Shown: one piece after another, positions 58,801 through 64,000 of the stretch
How the letters are laid out: each line of letters starts with the position of its first letter
Numbering within the stretch: position 1 is the stretch's first letter
Made by a program: the position numbers and the translations under genes
Notes under the pieces: model-generated
Seen by the model: only the letters and a program-made list of their open reading frames with translations
Databases searched by the model: none
What the model was told of the DNA's origin: nothing
Origin: Haliotis cracherodii
Lineage: Eukaryota
Assembly (NCBI RefSeq): GCF_022045235.1
Contig: NW_027266270.1
Span: 21,824,001-21,888,000, forward strand
DNA length: 64,000 bases
Reading direction: 5' to 3'

Positions 58801-59298
58801 CAGTAACTGTTCAAAGGTAATTCAGGCCACCTTTTCACAGATCACAGGTAATTTTTCCACAATTTCATAATCACGGAAAATAATCGTCTAAATTAGTTCA
58901 TATTTCATATTAGGGAAAAGGAATAATTCACTCTTACTCTGATAGTGACCAAAACCATATCATTATCAAGTTTATGTTTTTGCATGTATAAACTTGGACT
59001 GTATCTCATTTTATTGTAATATATAAACTTGGCGACAACTTGTCAGACGGACCATCCTGGGCTCTTTCTTATTGTTTGTGGTCCCCCAAATTTACTAAAT
59101 GGTATTCACGGTTTGGAAAATCAGTTCTAATATTATCACCTTGTTGTGCATCCATTCACAATCTTAACAAGTGTGACTTACATAATGGTAGCGTCATTTA
59201 TCGGGTGCAGACGTGGCCACTAAAACCTGTAGCTAATCCTCAGTCAAACAAGAATGGATGTATTTGAACTGAAGCAAAAATAAATAAGACTTAATATA

Positions 59299-59531
59299 AA
59301 CTACCGGGCAAAATAAAGTATACACTTGAAAATAAGATTTGACAATAAAATTACAAACATTATCAAAACGTTACTAGGTTGAATACAGTAACCGAATCAC
59401 TGCAAACTTAGGGTCCAAAACAAAAATATTATACCCGTATCAAATACGTCACCACCGAATAACCATTTCTTGTTAGTTTCATTTTAAGCCAAAATCAATC
59501 ATGGATGTGTACTTTCCTTTGCTCTCCAGTT
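59299..59531. mobile_element. Tc1-derived MITE
   Basis: Ends aactaccgggcaaaataaagtatacac / gtgtactttcctttgctctccagtt resemble the Tc1 TIR at 26032. Confidence 0.5.
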
Positions 59532-60189
59532 CACAAGTATTATACCCTTATCTGTCCTATCCTTCCTATGCACAACCAACATCATGACCTCTAATACAGC
59601 ATACTGTGTTACCAGCGATCCAGTTCAGTACACTAGTGATGTTATTCATTCTATTCATATTGTAAAATATCCCTTGTGTGGCGTTCTAATAAATAATGTA
59701 TGTGCACTTCAATCCCCTATTTCAGGACTTATCTTTTATTCCCATGAGACTAGACTGGTACTTAAGAATACAGATACAGAGTTTGGATGATAATGTTTGT
59801 ATTTGCTTCCGTTAATTTTGTCCATTGAGAATTAGGTCCATTAGTTTATTAAGCTTAAGCACACGCCGCAATGTACTGTTCAGAGAAAACCAGAAACGTA
59901 TTGTAAATTCAGTGAGCCAGTGTACAGTACTGTGCATTTATATTTCATGAAGAGTATACAGTGAAGAGAACAGTACAATGTACTGTTCCTTGTATATTCT
60001 TCATGAAATGTAAATGCTATGCGCCAAACACGTGCGTAGGGTGCCATTCCTGATTGTGACACTTTCAAGGAATGTCGACTAATCTTCGTGGACCATTATT
60101 TCTGTCAATCTTAGTGATTCTGCTTGCCATACAGTTGTGACATACTTGATTTCATTCATTGTTTTGTACACGATCTAGAAAAAGCGTTG

Positions 60190-60720
60190 TCTACAACGCG
60201 CGGAGCGTCAAGGTGCTAAAGGCGTAATTGACACTGGCAGTGGCCAACACTTTCAATGTTTCACAGTCTTTGATAAAGGAACATGTATCAACAAACCCAA
60301 AAGGATTACGTTCGACCCCGTTCATGGTGTCCCAGGTCGAGGAGAAGAGCACAGGGATCGATTGATCCGAAACCGGGCTCTCCGAAATCAAGCTGCAACA
60401 ATGAAATTTTGGCAAACTTTCATCAGGGTTCTGGAGTACGAGTTACGGGTCAGACGATTAGAAATCGTCAACATGCAGCTCATCGTCGTGCTCGACGGCC
60501 ACGTGTTGTGCCGCCCCTTACAAATTGTAACATTGCCAACAGATATCAATGGCGTACAAAACGTCAAACTGATTCACTTCGCACGTCCTTGATCATGTCT
60601 GGCGACGTCGAAACGAACGTCAAGCCAATGCCAACCTAAGATATCATGACAGATTTGGCAGTGGATCGGTTATGGTTAGCGGTGGCTGGACAGTACTATC
60701 CGGACAACATACTGATATCC
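60190..60720 (+). mobile_element. Decayed Tc1-like transposase fragment
   Basis: ORF 60283-60639 RVTGQTIRNRQHAAHRRARRPRVVPPLT; FGSGSVMV remnant ~60655. Confidence 0.7.
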
Positions 60721-62019
60721 TTTGTTACTTGTTTGCCTCCCGCCGTGATATTGCTGGAATATTGCAAAAAGCAGTGTAAAACCCAACTCACTCATTCTCA
60801 CTCCTGATCACTGGATTATTTGGTCCAGACTGTAGTATTTACATAGTGTGGCGTTAAACAACAAGTAAACAAAAGAAACCAAAATGCGTTTGCTTCAAAA
60901 TGCATTCCAGTTGATGCAGTAGTTCCTGGGGCTACCACATATACATTGCCTACTCATACGACACAGCCGGTTACACGCTGCTGGGTGATGTTAATGCACT
61001 CCAGGCTCCGGGGGCCCCTCTCTCCAGTAGAGTACTGTTGAATAGCTGTACCAGCACAAGGAACTTACTCCATACTTCCATAATAGGTAAATCCTGACAT
61101 TAATAACAACGCAATTGTCGAAATGAACACAGATTATCTTTGCACTACATCTGCATCATGCAGCTTCGCTGAACAAAAATAACAAGGGATCATGAATAGT
61201 TTATGGGGGATTTTGTTTTTGGCAGTGCAGACTGTGTTTCTTTAAATGTGTACGGTAGATAAAGTTTCTCATGATTTGGTGTGATACGGTACGATAATTT
61301 ATGGACATGTAACTTACGTTCTTACATAAAATGTAATGTGCACTCGGATGGTTGTAAAAGCACCTACCCCGCGTGAGTGCCGCGTTAAACAACAAACACA
61401 CAAATCAAAGAACAACTAGACTGATGTCTAGACTGACAGAAGTCCAAGTTTCCAATAGGAACTATTTAGATAATGTATAAAAAAAACTCAATATGTGTGC
61501 ATTTTCCTCTTCCCTGTTTGATCACGTGTTTATCAATGTAATATTTTATTTTCATTTTGTTTGCGTTTTGTCCGTTTTCTTGTTTTACAATTTAATAAAA
61601 TGGAGACTGCTCCAGTCTATCCAACTCCAATTTATTTTATGTCTTCCCAATTTCAGTTCCGTACAGAGACAATCATAGTCGATGCAGACTCGCAAAACAA
61701 GCTTGACAACAGGACTCCATCGATGTCACAGATGACACGAGACGTCCTCTACTGGTGCTGACACAATAAAAGTGGAATAAATGTCACTTTGTCCTCCGTG
61801 TCACAACAACAACTCACAAAGACATCATCCGGATGTAGAAAAAACAAACACGAAAACGCAGGGGATAATCGATTTATTGATATCATACAGTTTGCACCTT
61901 GGAAAATGTACCTATTTTCATTTGATAATGTATTGATCCTTGTATTAATTCTGTAAGTGGATGGACTGCGAACGCCATGGTTTCATTTAAGCAGTTCGCG
62001 GTTTATTATATACGATTTA

Positions 62020-62315
62020 TAAGATGAACGGGGTGCCGGAATTCGACGTGCAGAGTTGCGCCCCTTAGGCGCATCACAATCCACTGATTTCTGGTTCGAA
62101 TCCCAGATTCGCTTTGACTCGTGCTCGTGGTTTTCATCAAAGTAGAAGACGTCTGATACCAGCATCACTTCCCACACCAAACCGACAGTCATAATGCCTT
62201 GTATATCTGTAAATATTTAGAATTGATCTTCCGCAATCTCCCAGAGCAAGCTGACACACCATAATACAACTGGTATACTGTTCAAAGAGGCGTTAAACCC
62301 AACTCACTTTTACTC
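62020..62315 (+). mobile_element. SINE family C, diverged
   Basis: gtgcagagttgcgccccttag..ggttcgaatccc..aagctgacac..ggcgttaaacccaactcac. Confidence 0.7.
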
Positions 62316-62381
62316 ACTAAATGAATCACAGGAGGCTATGCCCTGTATACGTAGCCTGTGTCACTTCAGTCGTGCGGGCGC

Positions 62382-62500
62382 GAGGCGTTTGGGTAGCCTA
62401 GTGGTTAAAGCGTCGGCTCGTCAAGCCGAAAACCCAGGTTCGATTCCATTCAGTGGTACAATGTGTAAGGCCCATTTCACGTCCCTCGCCGTGATATTGG
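62382..62500 (+). mobile_element. SINE family A, 3' truncated
   Basis: gggtagcctagtggttaaagcg..ggttcgattcc..gccgtgatatt. Confidence 0.8.
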
Positions 62501-62669
62501 TAGTTTGAGGGATTCGAGCAAGATACGCTGAGTTCCACTTCAAGTATAATATAATCTAGATCTGTCTAATTAATTAAGGAACGGGCGGCCAAGTCCCCAG
62601 CACCATACCCAAAGAGGTAATCGGCTGTGACCATAATCACCACAGGCTTTCCCCCCACATCAAGACGAC

Positions 62670-62734
62670 GTGAGGTGAAATAGGATTAACGTCGCGTCCA
62701 AGATTATTGCATATAGCGACGTGCATATCCCTTG

Positions 62735-62781
<47 letters not shown>

Positions 62782-63017
62782 GCTGCTTGTACTAGTCCGG
62801 ACTAATGCCGATTTTATAGTGCTAGCCCACAGAGATATCATGCCGCAGTTTAACATGAATACCCCACTCAGACACAGAAAACTGACTCCGAGCCAACCAG
62901 TCCTTGTTTTAGCCCCTTAATGACGAGCTTCAGGCTGGGTAACAACAAGTACCATCGAACCCCGGACCTTCCGCTCTCCGGGCAGAAGCTCTACGAACTA
63001 GACCACGGAGGTGGTCC
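62670..63017 (-). mobile_element. SINE family D with internal (GT)n, nested in a family C 3' remnant
   Basis: TSD acatcaaga(c/t)gac; flanks rejoin as ggctttccccccacatcaag-atgacacgccgtgatata. Confidence 0.85.
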
Positions 63018-63144
63018 ACATCAAGATGACACGCCGTGATATAACTAAAATACTGTTAAACCCACCTCTCTTCATTGTTAGTACTCAATGCAGTTTCTAA
63101 ACTTTCAGAACAAAACTTTTAAACTTTGGTTCCAGAAAGGGTAT

Positions 63145-63615
63145 TACGGAAGCGTAGTAGGGCCACGGTGATTTTGTTTTTGTCTTAGTATCTCCTACGT
63201 AGGACTTACTATCTCCTACTTAGGACTTACTATCTCCTACGTAGGACTTACTATCTCTTACGTAGGACTTACTATCTCCGACGTAGGACTTACTATCTCT
63301 TACGTAGGACTTAGTATGGCCTAGAATCACTATCTCCTACGTTGGACTTAATATATCCTACGAAGGACTTACTATCTCCTTCGTAGGACTTATTATCTCC
63401 TACGTAGGACTTCCTATCTCCTACGTAGGAGATACTAAGTCCTACGTAGAGGATAGGTATTCTAGTCCACACTATGTCCTACGTAGGAGATAGTGATTCT
63501 AGGCCATACTAAGTTCTACGTAGGAGATACTAAGTCCTACGTAGGAGATAGTAAGTCCTACGTAGGAGATACCTAGACAAAACAAAATTCACCGTGGCCC
63601 TACTACGCTTCCGTT
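63145..63615. mobile_element. Non-autonomous TACGG-terminal (IS3EU-like) element: ~27-bp TIR, two opposed arrays of 21-bp units, 6-bp TSD
   Basis: tacggaagcgtagtagggccacggtga ... tcaccgtggccctactacgcttccgtt; TSD gggtat; unit tactatct-cctacgtagg-act, orientation flips at ~63425. Confidence 0.92.
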
Positions 63616-64000
63616 GGGTATAAACAGCAACAGCTTATTTTGTAACGCCATCCGTTGCTTCCTGGTCGTGACAAAACAAATGTTCAACTTATTGTGTTAT
63701 GTACATCTATATAGTTCACCAGTACATCTGTATAGATCATGTTTGCATCGGATGCGGGCTCACTGTTTCCTATGAATTTTCTATGAATGCACTGTCTGAT
63801 ATTTCAAGTTTGAACAATATTATATATCTTCCGAGTCAACAACTATCCTAACAAGAGCAAACAATACCTTCCGTGCAATTGCTACTTGCTATTTGAAAGG
63901 ACTCTTAAGGTCTATGGTATTTGTTACTGATGAATATGCATCGCGGGTGATGTATTGAAAAACACACTTTCACATCCACGTACATTGAAAATAAACACCG

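Overview
AT-rich, repeat-dense metazoan DNA, most likely a mollusc (abalone-like gastropod; inferred from the SINE/PLE repertoire, not proven), with two assembly gaps (48376-48513, 53238-53398). Two spliced host genes can be rebuilt by hand with canonical GT-AG junctions and consistent phases. (1) A + strand 8-exon, 253-aa divergent tetraspanin (7476-13240; CCG changed to CCD, TM2 cysteine cluster missing), followed by a decayed tandem paralogue (about 15.9-19.35 kb). (2) A - strand 352-aa type-I membrane protein (CDS 48613 to 25228; probable non-coding exon 1 and TATA promoter at about 54.6-54.8 kb) with signal peptide, C-type lectin domain, PAN/apple domain, and a Cys/coiled-coil/'RKLxSxxDxRPSSxxIG'-TM module. 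The rest is mobile DNA: an I/Nimb-type LINE 5' end with an HDV-like ribozyme; RTE-X-, CR1/L2- and I-type LINE fragments; Penelope-like elements, some with hammerhead-like motifs and inverted pLTRs, some Naiad-like; a TIR-complete DD34E Tc1 with an in-frame (GA)n expansion; MITEs; four SINE-like families sharing one 3' tail; and 59-bp and 30-bp minisatellites with higher-order repeats. Most striking unexplained structure: two TACGG-ended, 6-bp-TSD (IS3EU-like) elements whose 21-bp arrays share one scaffold but carry different 10-bp palindromes. No prokaryotic-type system (CRISPR, operon) is supported. All alignments were done by eye.
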